Assembly: GCA_965112735.1 (NCBI GenBank)
Contig: OZ218950.1
Coordinates: forward strand, 3,162,001-3,226,000
DNA length: 64,000 bases
Origin: Phaeosaccion multiseriatum
Lineage: Eukaryota; Protista; Ochrophyta, other classes
Reading direction: 5' to 3'
The position numbers and the translations under genes were made by a program. Positions 31,788-64,000 of the stretch are shown here, in pieces. How positions within the stretch are numbered: the stretch's first letter is position 1; each line of letters begins with the position of its first letter. Under the pieces are notes generated by a model. It was not told the origin of the DNA and searched no databases. It saw only the letters and a program-made list of their open reading frames with translations.

Positions 31788-32227
31788 GTGGAGCGAGAGA
31801 GGAGATTCTCATTGTTGGTTTGTTTCGCCTGGCTTGATGACTGATGGCTTGGCTTCGCCCGCCTAAAGCAGTGGCCCGGCACGGCACGCAGTCGTTTTGT
31901 TTGTACGTATAGGACTTTAAGACCGGGCACGACAATAGGACTATCATCAACCCCTGATACGCTTTCCGCTATCCGATATCGCCGGCACCAGCCGGCGCGC
32001 TGTCAGCTGTCAATGGCGGGTTGACAAGGAATGAAACTGAAACTGAAATAAGATACGGTACATCTTCTTTTGCCGGCGCCCTTTTGCCTCTCTCTTTCTT
32101 TACGAAGCTCTCGCGTGGACCCCCCTCCCCCTCGCTGCTGTGACTACGCCCCCACGTGGAGCCCCACTCCGGTCCGATTGGGAAATCTCCCCCCCATCCC
32201 CCCCCCAAACATCACAATACCGCAGCG

Positions 32228-32908
32228 ATGGCGGCAATTCCGGTCTACAAATTGTTTGTGATGACGCTCAAGACGCTGTCCAAGCCTGTGGCAAAGCGCC
32301 TGGTGAAGAGCGCACAGGCCGACGGCACCATGCGGAAGGGCCTCATCGCAATGGCACAGGCGACGCACAAGTAAGTCAGCCAGTCACTGTCACTTCGCAT
32401 CCCTCCGAAAGTGACACAGCTGCTGCGTAGAAGGTCCCCTTTCGTTCTCAAAGTGCCTTTCCCCCTCCTCGCTCGGGTCATCCCCCTCTCCCTCTCTCCT
32501 CCTCCCCTCACTTGCTACTTGCTGCTGCGGTTCAGCGTCTCCTCCCGCCTTCAAATCCGAGCAGCGGGGTTCAAGACCACCAAGATCAAGCCCCTGGACG
32601 AGGAGACTGCCGTTGCAAAGGGTGGAGATTTGTTTGCGGAGATATTCTTGTACAGCTTCGGGGCGACGATTTTACTCTACGAGTACAACCAAGGCAACCA
32701 AAAGAGCGATGCAAAAGAGGCCAAGATAAAAGCAGAGGAGGCCGAGTTGAGGCGCACGGTAGAGAATCTAGGGCAGCGGCTGGACACCATTGAGGACTCT
32801 CTAAAAAGGCAGGAGGATGCGGTGACCCGGCTCCTAAATTCTCGCGCAGCGCAACAGGCAGTGGCAGACGGGATGGCGTGTCCAATGAAAAAGAAGGGGA
32901 GGAAGTGA
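32228..32908 (+). CDS. OPA3: OPA3-like mitochondrial protein. Exons 32228-32370, 32536-32908; a further 3' exon near 33288-33383 is possible
   Basis: MAAIPVYKLFVMTLKTLSKPVAKRL...IAMAQATH, IKPLDEETAVAKGGDLFAEIFLYSFGATILLYEY followed by a coiled coil; this matches the OPA3 family pattern. Confidence 0.9.
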
Positions 32909-33891
32909 GTGAATTGGGCAGTGAGTTGGACACTTGGCTGTGCCCTGGGACTACCCCACACCCTCACCCCTTGGCGAGGGAAACAGGGCAAAGGGGCGCC
33001 CGCGCGTCGCTCGATGAGGCGATGAGTGAGCCCTTCGAGAGAGAGACCAGAGGAGCCTTTCCCCTCCTCTTGCCAGGGACTCTTGTCTTTTCCAGGGGCG
33101 GCATGGGAGTGCTCCATCGCCCGCGCCCCCGACGCGGGAGGGACAGTAATCCTTGTTACGGCGAAGGATACGACGGCCTGGTAAAGCTTCGTGGACCTGT
33201 AGTAGTGGTGCACTCAAGCGGAAGGGGGTGTCCATGTGGGACATCTTCCACTGCACTACGCGTCGACCGGGCTTCGCCTCTATTCAGGTGGAGAGTGAGG
33301 CAGTCGCTCAGCAACCTGTGGAAGCGGCTGCCTGGGATGGGTTCGTGTCGTGGGTTAGTTCCTTTCATCGTGTCCGGAAATGACAACGGAGGGCGCACGA
33401 GCAAGCACACTTGGACCGTGCTCTGTGGGCCACATCACACCACGCACTCACACACTGTCCTGACGATCCCCGCAGAGGTTCGCAGAGGGCCTTTTGCCTT
33501 AATGCAGGAGGGAGAGCATGGAACTCTCAGCCTGGAGGGAAGGAGGAGAGGGTCCACATCCGCCCTCGAGTGAGTTGGCTCGTGGCGGGCCCTGAATGCA
33601 GCGTGAGAAAGAGCCTGGGGAAAAGAGCTTCCCCACGGGCCGCAGCCGCCGCTGTCCTGCTCTTCCTCCAGTTAAAAAAAGAAAAAAGAAAGAAAAGGAG
33701 CGACGTTGGTGATATAAACACCCTTAAGTACCATCTATGGCCGGGGGGGGGGGAAGTTCTGAGCCCCCGAGAGGGGTCGTATCATCCATACAGCCACGTT
33801 GGTGACACATTAAAGAAACTCACAGTTGTCTTTCCAGGACTTTTTTTTTTTTCTCCTTTCCCCTTTCCTCATCATTTAATAATCTTCCTCG

Positions 33892-36137
33892 ATGTCCCTA
33901 CTGCAAAGCAGAGTGCAAAGGTTGCATAGAGCCTTCGCGGCACTTCCATCCGTCTCCCCTACTTCGGATGCGGTACGAAATTGGAGAACGTACTCCTCCA
34001 TGACAGAGCAGCAGTGTCATAAGTGGCGCAGGCATCGATCAAGGCCAATCTGGGAAGGCAGTCGCTCCTTTTCCAGGCACCGCGACAGGGGCAAGAGGTG
34101 TCCGTACGAGGTCTTGGCAGTCGATGCGCAGGCAACACACGCAGACATCAAGAAGGCATACCGACTCCTCGCTCTAAAGGTGGGTGACACTTAACCCCTT
34201 CCTTCCTCTCATCTCTCTTCCCTCTCTCTGTCTCTCATTCCGTGCGGATTTCCTGTGTCTGAAACCTCTGCCCTTGTAACATGCGTGCGCCCGTCTCCCT
34301 CCTTCAGTGGCACCCGGACACATGTCAGCATAGCGACGCCAAGTCCGCCAAGCTCAAGTTTGACGAAGCCACACACGCCTACACCGTTCTGAGTGGGCCC
34401 TCTAGACCGGACAAGCGAGGGAGTGGGGCGGGGGGTGGCCGACGGCGGAGTGCCTATGATCAGAACAAAAGAGGAAGGCCCAACACACATCACTACCGCA
34501 ACCGGCAACAGCATCCCTACGATGACAAGAGGGGGGAGAGGTGAGGCAGGCGGAGCGTGTGTGGTATTCCATCCCTCTGTGTCCATGGGTCCAAGGCAAT
34601 GCATCGGCTTTGTAATTTTTATTGCACGGGTCGCCCGTCGAGATGCCCCAACCTCGTCCACCAATGCAGTCTTTGCCCTCCTCCTCTCCTTCCTCTCCTC
34701 TTCTTCCTGTCCTGTCCTCTCCTCTCCTCTCTTTCCGCTCCTCTCCTTCCTCTCCTTCCTCTCCCCTTCCCCCTCCTCTCCTCTCCTCTCATCTCCCCCC
34801 GCTCCTCTACAGGTGGTACAACGACTTCAAGGCGCGTAAGGCTGACATCCTCGGGCACTACGAGAAGGCATGGAAGAGGGCCAGGGAGTACGACGCACTG
34901 CAGGAGCAGGAGGCAAGGAGACGCGAAGAAGAATTCGGGCACGTGGTGAGTGAGGGAGCGAGTCAGTGAGTCAGTGAGTGAGTGATTTAAGGTATTTTCA
35001 TGAGTGAGTGACGCTTGTGGCCTCTGATCCCCTCCTCTTACCCCCCTTTTTCCTTCTACCGCTCTCTGTGTCTGCCCGCCTCCCTATCTCTCTCCCTGTC
35101 TGTCCGTCTGTCCGTCTGTCTGTCCGTCCATCTGTCTGTCTGTATGTCTGTCTGTCTGTCTCAGGTTCTGTCGTGTGACTTCTTGGATTGGGGCTCGGGG
35201 TATACGGCTCAGCGCACAGTCACTCAGCGCCTGCAGGGAGGGAAGAGAATCAACACCGTCGAGCTCAAGGTCAGAAACCACCCCCCCCCCCCTACCCCAT
35301 CAATTGCCATCTACTGCCATTTACTGTCCTCGGTGACCCGTTCCTGCTAGGCCCAAGGCGATGGAAGGCATTGTCCCTTGTGTCTGTGTGTCACGCTCCG
35401 TTCACCTCACTCACCACTGACCCATGTGAATCAGTTTTTTTGCGGTGTGCGGTTCTCCAATCGTATTCATAAATACTGTCCTCACCTCTCTCCCTCCCCC
35501 TCTCCCTTCCTTCTCCTGTCCCTCCCTCCCTCTCTGTCCCCCCGCCCCCGTATGGTATGGTACCCGTCTCTCTGTTTCATATCTGTCCCCTCCCATCACC
35601 GTGCCCCCCTCCCTCCCGTCCAGCTCAAGACTCCCGAAGGAGCCATCGAGCTTGAGCAGAAGGAGCACTGGAGAGTGGGAGGCGCTCCCCGGCGGCACAC
35701 GCTCATCAACACACTGCAACCGCGCTCCAAGCTGGCGCGGCTCGTATATGATGGTGGGTAGATGTGGGTCGTCAAGGAGACGGGTTCGAGTACCAAAGGG
35801 CGCGAGCCCCCCCCTCTTTTCCTTCTTTTTGGTCGAAATGGTGTGCTTTGCTGGATGAAGTGGGTTAGTTGGGTCTACCCCATCCCTGACGGTCCGCTTC
35901 CCCGACTTGTTGCTCGCCTGCTCTCTTGGTCTCTCATCTTATCGATACCGATCGATACTGTCTTGTCGTCGGCGTTTGTCGCTCATCTCAGAGCGCCATC
36001 GCCTCGACCAAGAGACGCGGGCAGCGGCCATTAGAGAATTCGGGGGGATGGAGGTACTGAGGGCTGAGGTGAAGAAGGCAGCGTGGCGAGTCAAGGAGTA
36101 CTGGGGCTTTGTGGAGAGGGACAGCCACATGAGGTGA
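33892..36137 (+). CDS. J-domain (DnaJ class C) protein, probably mitochondrial. Exons 33892-34179, 34308-34540, 34813-34945, 35165-35269, 35624-35753, 35992-36137
   Basis: PYEVLAV...DIKKAYRLLALK|WHPD...KFDEATHAYTVLS is a J-domain with the HPD motif. The R/S/L-rich N-terminus resembles a mitochondrial presequence. Confidence 0.82.
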
Positions 36138-36622
36138 CACGACCAGGCACAGGGGAAGGAGGAGGAGGAGGAGGAGGAGGAGGAGGAGGAGGAGAAGGAG
36201 GAGGAGGAGGAGGAGGAGGAGAAGGAGGAGGAGGAGGAGGAGGAGGAGGAGGAGGAGGAGGAGGAGGAGGAGGAGGAGGAGAAAGGAGGGATGGTGATTG
36301 GGGGGTGTGCGAGGCATTGTACAGCCAAGCCCCGCCGCTTACGGAGGATAGCCCTGCTCTCTTTCTCTTGTGTATGTTAGGCTGAGTCGGCTAAGGTTAC
36401 GAGTAAATTCACAGATGGTGAAGGCCTTGCTTCTTCTTTTTTTTTTTATACACACTTTTGTACACCCCCCACGTTGTGCATCCACCCATCTATCAATACC
36501 CAAAAGAATAATTGCCCATAAAGCGCCGAAGCACTCGTCTTCTTCCTACTACTCACGTTAAATAAGTCAGTGGGGACGTAAGTATCAAAAGTGAGTGAAA
36601 AAAGTACATGCACTGCACCTCA

Positions 36623-55755
<19,133 letters not shown>

Positions 55756-56053
55756 GTTGTCCTCACTTTCACAAGAGGTACTTAAAAAAAAGTAATCAAC
55801 CACCCTCCTTGTCTTTTTCCTTCAAGCAACTTGCTCTCTCTCGTTGTTTAAAACAACAACCGTCATGGCTCAAGAAATCAAGACTCCGAGATCCTCATGC
55901 CCTTCGCTTCTTTCTCATCATTGCTTCCTGCCTTGGCATGCATCCTGGCTTTCTCCTTGGCTACAAGAGGAAGCGAATTTGTGTTTCATCCGTGTCATCG
56001 TCACAGATGGCTACCCTAGCACCAACGCGCTATTCATCCCTCCTTATGCCTGG

Positions 56054-57231
56054 ATGGCACTTAAGGGTTTTGTTTCCTTCCTGCTTCCTTCCTTCCTGGA
56101 AGCCTTAATGCTGCCGGTGAGAGTCTCGTGTCTGCGTCTTCAACCCTCTCCCCTTCTCCACTCCCTCTTCTCCTCCCTCCCTTCCTGTCCTCCTCTCCAA
56201 CTTCCCCACCTCCTTTTTCTTCCCCCCCCCCCCCCCCCCCTTTCCTTATTTCTTTCCCACTTTCCCTTTCTCCTCTTTCTCTCTCCCCTCGCTCGCTCTC
56301 CTCTCCTCTCTCCTCCCCTCTCCCCTCCTCTCCTCCTCCCTCCCTTCCTGTCCTCCTCTCCAACTTCCCCACCTCTTTCTTTTTATCTTGTTCCTTCCTT
56401 ACAACCCCCTTTCTTCCTTTCTCCTATGCTCCCTTGCCCCTCTCCCAATATTAATCTACTCCTCCTCTCTCTTCTCTCCTCTCTCTTACCCCTCTCCCCT
56501 TCTAATCTTTCTCTTCTCCTGCCTCTCCTCCCATTTTTACTTCTGCTCATTCATGAGGCAGGTTTGACGAAGGGATGGGTCGAGTGCTCCACGGTTATCA
56601 CGGTGAGAACGGAGGGGACGGTGGTATTCGACACGGGGTCGGGGGCGGGAGGAATCGCTGGGAAGGACACCCGGGTAACACGAGAGGAGCAGGAGATGAA
56701 GAGGGCGCCACCACCGACGCCAGAGGGCAACCCCACAGCCCTGAACCCCCCGCAGTGGTATGGGTAGGCGTCGCGGGAGGTATTTTCTTTATCATCTTCC
56801 TCCTCGCCTACTGCGTGCGGAGAGTCGAGGCGACGAGAATCAGGAGGGCGGAACACGCGGCTGGACTTGCTGCCGCAGGAACCGCGACTACCAGCGGGGA
56901 TGTCGTTGCCGAGGGAAAGAGCCTGGCGCTGGTTTCCTGTGTCATGCTTTCCCCGCCCATTACAGAGGAGGTGAAGGAGGGTACGGCGCCTCCGTGTGGA
57001 GAGGCGCTGCCCGAGGCCTTGCCTGTCAAAGGGACAGGCGTTCAAGGCGTCCCGCTGACGGCCGAGCCAGAGCCGCCCTCCTTTGTGGAGCAGGTGCGCC
57101 GAGTGCCAAACGTGTACATCTCCTCCCTTGTACAAATAGGGGGTGCACGAATGGAACTGTCGCTCTTCTTTTCCTTTTGTCTCTCTTCTTTTCGTCCTTC
57201 CTTCAGTTTGGATGTGAATGACGCTGGTTAG
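56054..57231 (+). CDS. Hypothetical single-pass membrane protein; gene structure uncertain (possible frameshift at 56746-56751)
   Basis: Clear TM helix VVWVGVAGGIFFIIFLLAYC followed by basic VRR in ORF 56575-57231. A candidate signal-peptide exon at 56054-56116 precedes a pyrimidine-rich intron. No family recognised. Confidence 0.4.
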
Positions 57232-58291
57232 GATGCGAGAATGAAGGGAGCCACGCGGCGTGTACTTACGCGCGACCAGGAAGGGAAGCGAGCAACCCTT
57301 GGGGCCCATCTTTCCCTGCTGGCCTGAACAGCACGGGGATGAGACTACGTCTGATCCCTCCCTTCGGCCTCTCGGTCTCGCCCCCCCCCCCCCCGCATTC
57401 CCCCTTCCTTGGTTGTTGCGCTCCCTACCTCCGGCTCGGCAGGTTCGGAACGCCAACCACGCCATGGCGATGCGCACTCACGGAGTGATATAGCAAGGTA
57501 ATATATTATCGCACATGTCACTCTGGGCATGTGAGCGCCTGCTTTGTGGGGCTTGGGGGAGAGAGTAGGAAGGCTGCATGCTCACACAACATGTGCAGCA
57601 GGGGCACACGTAAGATTACATGGCGCTCAATGGGATGGCCGATTGAGGTGTGGCCGATTGAGCGTTTTGTCGGTGTTCGTGTGCTGTATGGTACCATAGC
57701 GCAAGTGTAGAATACGAAATCGAGGAGGAGAAGGAGGAGGAGGAGGAGGAGGAGGAGGAGGAGGAGGAGGAGGAGGAGGAGGAGGAGGAGGAGGAGGAAG
57801 AAGAGGAGGAGGAGGAGGAGGTGCACACTCTGCACACCTTCGCTTCGAGGATGGACTATCTCAGCTCACGGGAAGTGGAGTCTTCGTCCGCTTACGCTGC
57901 GCTGTGCAAAGCTACACACACAAGCATCTGCATGTGTAACGTCGCTTTTCTCAGCGCCGCTGTTCGAAGGCACATGGATTCATAATCGTGTAATCGTAAT
58001 CTAAGCCCTTCTGGGCTCTTTTATACTTGCGTAACTGATGTAAACCGAACCAGTTGTGAGTCGTCGTGGAATGATGTGCGTGATGGAGAGCGTCGCCCCC
58101 TCCCGCGCGTGCGCGAACACTTTCAGCAAGGAACACCAGCAGTGCAAAGAGGGCGCTCACAGAGGCTTTCTCCCTCTGTCGGGGAGACCAGACGAGGGGA
58201 ACTTCGTGGCGCACACGCGCGCACGCACACACGCGCGCACACACACACACACACTCCCCCTCCCCTTCTACAACAATGAGAAGAAAAACAA

Positions 58292-61200
58292 TCAAGACTC
58301 GCTCTTGGAGCATACTACTGCACCGTCCTCGCCGCTCACCACGTAATGCCCCGGCTCGGAAATGCTCACCTCCAGCGTCTCTCTCTTGTCCATGGTGTAA
58401 CCGCGCACCCTGTCCTCCTCTGGAAGGCCCGTGCGGTCTTCGGGCAACTCCTTAAAAGCCCAGCCCTTGTTGCGGCACTTGAGGCCCTTGACTGTCACAC
58501 TTGCCCCCTCTGTCACTGTGATGCTGAGCGCTCCGTCTACATCAACGTCTTCGAGTGTGACGTCCTTGCCATCCACAATGACTGTGCTGCTCGAGGAGAT
58601 CTTGACTCCCTTACCGATTTTGTCCTGCGCAGGAAAGCAGCAGCGACCAAAACAACAACAAACAAACAAACAAGAGAGAGAGCATGTCAGCGTTCTTGTC
58701 ACACACTTACCAAGCTTCACGCACTCGCCTGACCCGCCCGCCCATCACCCACCTTGAGATCGGCCGTGCTTGTGGCGAAGGATGGAGATAGGATAACGCG
58801 CGGCCCGCTCTGGAAGGTCACTCCCTCGAACGTCACCTGCCAGTCAGTCAGTCAGTCAGTCAAGTCAGTGTACGTCATCTGTGAGCAAGCAAAGCATCAT
58901 CTTCTTCCTTCCTTTGCTGCTTTCCAAAAAAAATGAAAATATATATACATAGATATATGACATAAACTTTCGTCTGTGAGGCAAGCACAGAGTAGCACTT
59001 TGATCGAAAGGTGCACGGAGAAAAAGAGGGGTGCCGCCAAGGCACACGTCCCCCTTCAAACCCCCGCTCCTCCACTCCCCACACCGCCCACCCACTCTCC
59101 CACCCACCCTCTCTCTCCTAAAACCCAACGACCCACCCACCCATCCACTCACTCTCTCTCACCCACCCCCCCTCTCTCGCCCCCCCATCCACCCACGCGC
59201 CAAACCCTCTTACCGACTTACGCACCTACCCACCCACCCACCCACCCACCTACATCCCCCACCCGTCCACCCATCCACGCATGCACGCACCTCCTGTGGC
59301 TCGCCAAGCTCCGCGGAGGTGACCTTCTTGAGCTTCTCGCTGGTCATTGTGTAGAAGTCCGCCTCTGCAGAGGAGGTGGTGCCGGGCGGGACCCCTGCCG
59401 CAGCAGACTCAGCGGCACTCTCCAGGCTAATTTTGATTTATGTGGGTGTGTGGGGGGGGGGGTGGGAGGGGGGGGAAGGGAGACGGACGCTTAGGGCTCA
59501 GCCCGCTGGTGATGCCGCAGCAGGGAAAGAGTTTTGGGAAAGGCAAGAGACGGTATGATAACCGGACCGCCTCCTCACCCCCCGCCTCAGCCTGCAGATG
59601 CAGTTACGCACGCACATACATACATACACGCACGCACACACACGCAAGCACACACACACGCACGCACACACGCACGCACGCACACACATGCACACACACG
59701 CATCACACACACATGCCTAACTCTAACCTGTTCTTGGCCGGCGAGAAGGACAGCCACTTCTCCAGCGAGGTGAAGCCAATCTTAGGGCTGTCCAGCTCCT
59801 TGACCATTAGCTTAGGGAGGTCTTGCATCATACACTCCAGACGGGTGGGTTTCTTAAACTTGGTCTTGGTGGCGTCCGTGTACTTGGGGTTGACAAACTC
59901 GACCACCACGCCCTCGTCGGGCCCCTGGAGGACCTTGTTGTAGGACTGGAGCTTCATTATGATGGTGTTAATGTTGCCTGGATAAGGGGAGTAGCCTGTG
60001 GCGGGGTCGTTGACGTCTCCCTCGGGATTGACGGTGTCGCGTAGGAGCGCGTCCAGCTTTTGGTTTGGTTTATGGAAGGAAGGAAGGAAGGAGGAGGGAA
60101 GGAAGGAAGGGAAGAAGAAGAAGAATGAAAGGGGGGAGGAAGGGAGGGGTTGAGGAAACGAGTTGAGGGGGTACCGGACAAGAAGAAGAGAGCAGACGCA
60201 CGCATCACCCATCGATCAGTACATGCTGTGGGGTGAATGGGGCCTGGGGCAAAGGACGCATGGTGTGGCGCAAAAGACTCCCCACTGCAGCCCACTCTGA
60301 GACTTATCTCACAACAACAAAAAGCTATGGCTGACTGTGGGTTCTCCTTTGTCGAATCAACCATCCTTCCACCCTCCCACCCACTCTAACCTACCTTCCT
60401 TCTGTGCAACTCCCAAGTACTCTCGTCAAAGCCCACTCACCCTCCCTCCCTCCCTCCCTCCCTCCCACACATTATCCATCCTCCTCTCCTTGACCTACCT
60501 GGTTGTACTCCACATTGATAATGAGGCTGCTTCCGTCGTCGTGTTTGAGTGCCGTGATGGCCCCTGCCGCCTCCCCTGCACTCCTTGGCACGCAAATCGA
60601 GTTCATGTCATAGTCTTGGGTCACACTCACCCCCAACACGGGGAGGATGCAGTTCAGAGTAGGGGCGTTGGTGTCCTGCAAGCGGCCAGAGAGGATGGGG
60701 GGGCACAGGGGGGCAGGGGAGTAGGGGAGTTAGGGATGGAAGTGTCTGGAGAGTGGGGGGCCAGGGGGCCAGGGGACGGAGGTGGGGATACACGATGGAA
60801 GAGGAGCGGAACGTACTTACGGGAGAGGAGGGGGAGAGTAGCAAGGGGAAGAAGGAAGGAAGAGGGGTGGGGGGGGAGGGTCAAGAAGACAAGACTAGTA
60901 GAGGGAGAGATGAGATCGAGAGCCGCCTGACGCACGCACTCAATCCAAACGATCGCAATCAATCCTCTGGATCGATCGAGTGATGAAGGACCACTGAAAG
61001 AAGCGAACAAAGAGTCGACTCACTTGGAAGAAGAAAAGCCACTCCTTTCCCTCCTTGAGGAGGCGCTCCACCACCCCGTCCCTGTGCAGCAAGTGGTGAA
61101 CGTCGCCGTGTCCGTGGGGCTTGGTCTGTAGTTCGAAGGGGTCGTCTTCGTCCGTCACCAAGGCGGCAGACGAGTCGCCGAGGGCCGGGACCTGTTGGTG

Positions 61201-61426
61201 GGGGAGGGGGTGAGAGGGGGGGGGCAGAGGTAGTTAAGAGAGACAGATAAGAGAGGGGGGGAGGGGGAGGGGAAGAGAGAGGTAGATAAGAGAGACAGAC
61301 AAGAGAGGGGTGGGAGGGGGAGGGGCACAGGTAGATAACAGAAACAGATAAGAGAGAGGTAGAGAAGAGAGACAGATAAGAGAGGGAGAGAGAGAGGCAG
61401 CCACACACAAAGAACGAGAGAGTCAC

Positions 61427-61457
<31 letters not shown>

Positions 61458-63150
61458 GGCAGACAGACAGACAGACACAGAGACAGACAGACACACAGAC
61501 AGACAGACCCTGCCCTCCCCCCCCCCAACCCTGCGTCGTGCCGAGAGGGAGCAGTTGGAGGACGCAAGTCAGTCCTGTCCTCTGTACAGTCATGTGCCCC
61601 ACCTTGTCCTGCACAACGACGATGATTTGCTCGTCCGCCATGCCGAAGTTGTTCCTCTCCTTTAGCAAGGCGCGAGTCTACGGGAGGGAAACATTGCGTG
61701 TGTGAATTGATAAGTGATGAGGATAATCAGGATGAAGATGAGGAGAGCATGAGAGCATGAGAGGGAGGGAGGGAGGGAGGGACAAGACGCGAGCCGCCCT
61801 GCACGCAGAGGAAGTCCTTCGTTCTACAAAGCACACAGAACGATGTGTACTTCACTTCCCGTTCTGTAACGACGGCGGGTCATCACACCGAACATACAGT
61901 TGCCTACTCTACCTGTTCGTCTGTGTCTCCTGAAGTCATGAGGATGAGAGGAATGACGAGGGTGCTGTCTCCGGTGGTGGTGCGGCACTTGTCTTGGAGC
62001 GCCAGAATGTGCTTGACATAGAGCTCCAAATAGGACTGACCCGTGGACACCTTGAGCCGGGGGTTGTTGTTCGTTCGTTTGTCGCAGGAGGGAGAGAGAG
62101 AGAGAGTGTGTGTGTGTGTGTAAGATAGACAGATGGAGAGAGAGGCCCAAAAGCACTTTGAGATGGCAGTAGCAGAGCACACTCTTGAGACAACAACGGG
62201 CCCACCCCAGCTCCCCCCACAAGAAAGTGTGGGACGACACGCCCTATGCCGTCTCAGGCTTGATAGAACATCGCCATCTCTTCCCTCCTCCTTTCGTGAG
62301 CCTTTGGCTCTTGCCCTAACCTCCTCCCCCCCTCCCCCCCCCCCGAGGGCAGAGCAAGCAAAAGGGGTGGACGCTGCAAAGGCTCTCTTGCACCGCCCCA
62401 CGAAGGTGTCTATCTCACAGCGAGCCTCCTTTCCTCTATCTGTCTATCTATCTACCTACCCAAGCCAGAGCCCACCTCTCTCCTCTACTCTCCTCTCACT
62501 CTCACTCTCCCTCTCCCCCCATAGTCTCACCTCCACGGGCAAGGCAAGTTTGATGCCGTTGAAGCCCAGCCTCTCCCCCAGCCCCCCGGCCACGAGTACG
62601 AATCCCATCTTGCCAACCTCTTCCATGCCCTTTTGCTCCAGTTTCTCGAACTCCGCCGTTCCAAAGTTGAGGCGAGTGCCGTCAGGCACCTCGGGAGTGT
62701 AACCGTCGAAGGGATTGACGCCCTCGGCAGACTCTTTCAGCAAGGCGCGAGCCTGTTGTGTTGCGCGTGGAGGGGAAAAGAGAGCGCGCACGCAGACAGC
62801 AGACAGGAGCCAGCAGCAGCACACACACAACACCTCAGCTGCAAGATGGGTGGTACCCATTTGCTCTATATCAAGACATCAAGAACCCATCGGAGCAAGC
62901 AAGCAAGTCTTGGACGCCCCGTCCCCACCTTAGTGATGTAAGCCTCGAGTCCCCCCGGGTAGTTGGCATCGCACGCCTGTAATTGCTCCAGCAGCCCGTG
63001 CTTGGCTTCGTCCTTCTCGCCTGCGGCTGGCCAGTTCTCAAACAAGGCGTCCTGGTCCAGGCTGAGCAGCATGGACACACAACCCTTCTCCTCATCGCTC
63101 AGAATAGCAGCGTTACCCCCTCCAAGCGTAGCTTCCAAGTCTTCACTCAT
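58292..63150 (-). CDS. USP: UDP-sugar pyrophosphorylase (USP), ~10 exons; probably extended by an upstream presequence exon at ~63403-63784
   Basis: [101 protein letters not shown]...[19 protein letters not shown]: the full plant/protist USP motif set. Confidence 0.95.
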
Positions 63151-63193
63151 TGGTACAAGTAGACACGATTTTAGGGGAGGACAGGACAGGTGA

Positions 63194-63229
<36 letters not shown>

Positions 63230-63402
63230 AGAAAAGGAGATTAGAGGGGAAGAAGGGGAGAGGGGGAGGGAGTGAGAGAGCAAATGCCAAATGAGAGGGA
63301 AGTCAATTGAGAGAGAGAATGAGCATTATATGTCGTTCTTAGTTCTCTCCATTGCTCACTTATCAAGGTATTACGCACAGCAACGGTCCAAAGCCAACGC
63401 AC

Positions 63403-63784
63403 CTGAGGAAGACGCTTGCAATGGCAAAGGTGACCTCCTGCCTCCCCCCCTCATCCCGCCCACCCAGGCGGAAGGAGCGACTGCAAACTCACTTCTGCTG
63501 CTACTACTGCTGCTGCTGCTACTGAAGCCGCTGCTCCCTAAGGATGACGAAAAGGGACCTCCTCTAAACCCTTCTACCGCTGTTAGTGATGGAACCGCTG
63601 CAACCCGTCCTGGCAGCACGCTGAAGCACTCTGCAGTATGGAGGTTCAATGTTAACAAGAGGAAGGCGAGGAGCACTTTGCCATTGCTGCTGCAGCTGCT
63701 GCTGCTTCCGCTTCCCCCACTGTTACAATCATCTTCGGAGCATGCTTCGAGCGACCGTGGTGGCGATTGCATGCTTCTCTTCAT
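63403..63784 (-). CDS. Probable first exon of USP, encoding a bipartite (signal + transit) plastid presequence
   Basis: KVLLAFLLLTLNLHTAEC|FSV, then an S/G/R-rich stretch. The phase-1 donor G|GTGCGT at 63402 joins in frame to the acceptor GAAG| at 63141-63142. Confidence 0.55.
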
Positions 63785-64000
63785 CCTCTGCTGTCCTTTT
63801 TTTTTTCAATTCACACACTCACACATGATATTTTTTTCCCTTCTGGTGCCATCTGGGCTGCCTACTCCCCCTTCACCCTTCACCCCCTCCCCCCCCTCCC
63901 CCCCCTCCTCTTCCTGCTAAATCCTGCTAGAGTCCTACGAGTGAATCCCCTAATCCTGTCCTATGAATGAATGCCCTGCTAGAGTCCTATGCCCCTCCCT

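Overview
Gene-dense, intron-rich eukaryotic nuclear DNA. Bipartite plastid presequences with Phe after the signal cleavage site point to a photosynthetic stramenopile (ochrophyte alga); this is an inference. I reconstructed about 12 spliced protein genes by hand from GT-AG junctions: phosphoserine aminotransferase (3' part), TrmO tRNA methyltransferase, a membrane-anchored thioredoxin-fold protein, a large IQ/B-box/WW protein, a VTT/TMEM64 membrane protein, a plastid-type inositol monophosphatase, an RS-rich RRM protein, OPA3-like, a J-domain protein, a ~19 kb BLTP2/Hobbit/FMP27 lipid-transfer gene, a small single-pass membrane protein and UDP-sugar pyrophosphorylase. There is also a decayed Ty1/copia gag-protease remnant preceded by a ~1.1 kb foldback, and many intronic microsatellites. 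The standout is the inositol monophosphatase at 20312-26593 (minus strand). It runs in frame into about 10 copies of an unrecognised ~37-aa repeat (core L-x-V-D-x-R-G-P-x-Y-x-R-Q-H-E-G-R). Seven of those copies each sit on their own symmetric phase-1 exon of 108-117 nt, within mutually homologous introns. The ORF track does not show this architecture. All family assignments rest on remembered motifs, not database searches.
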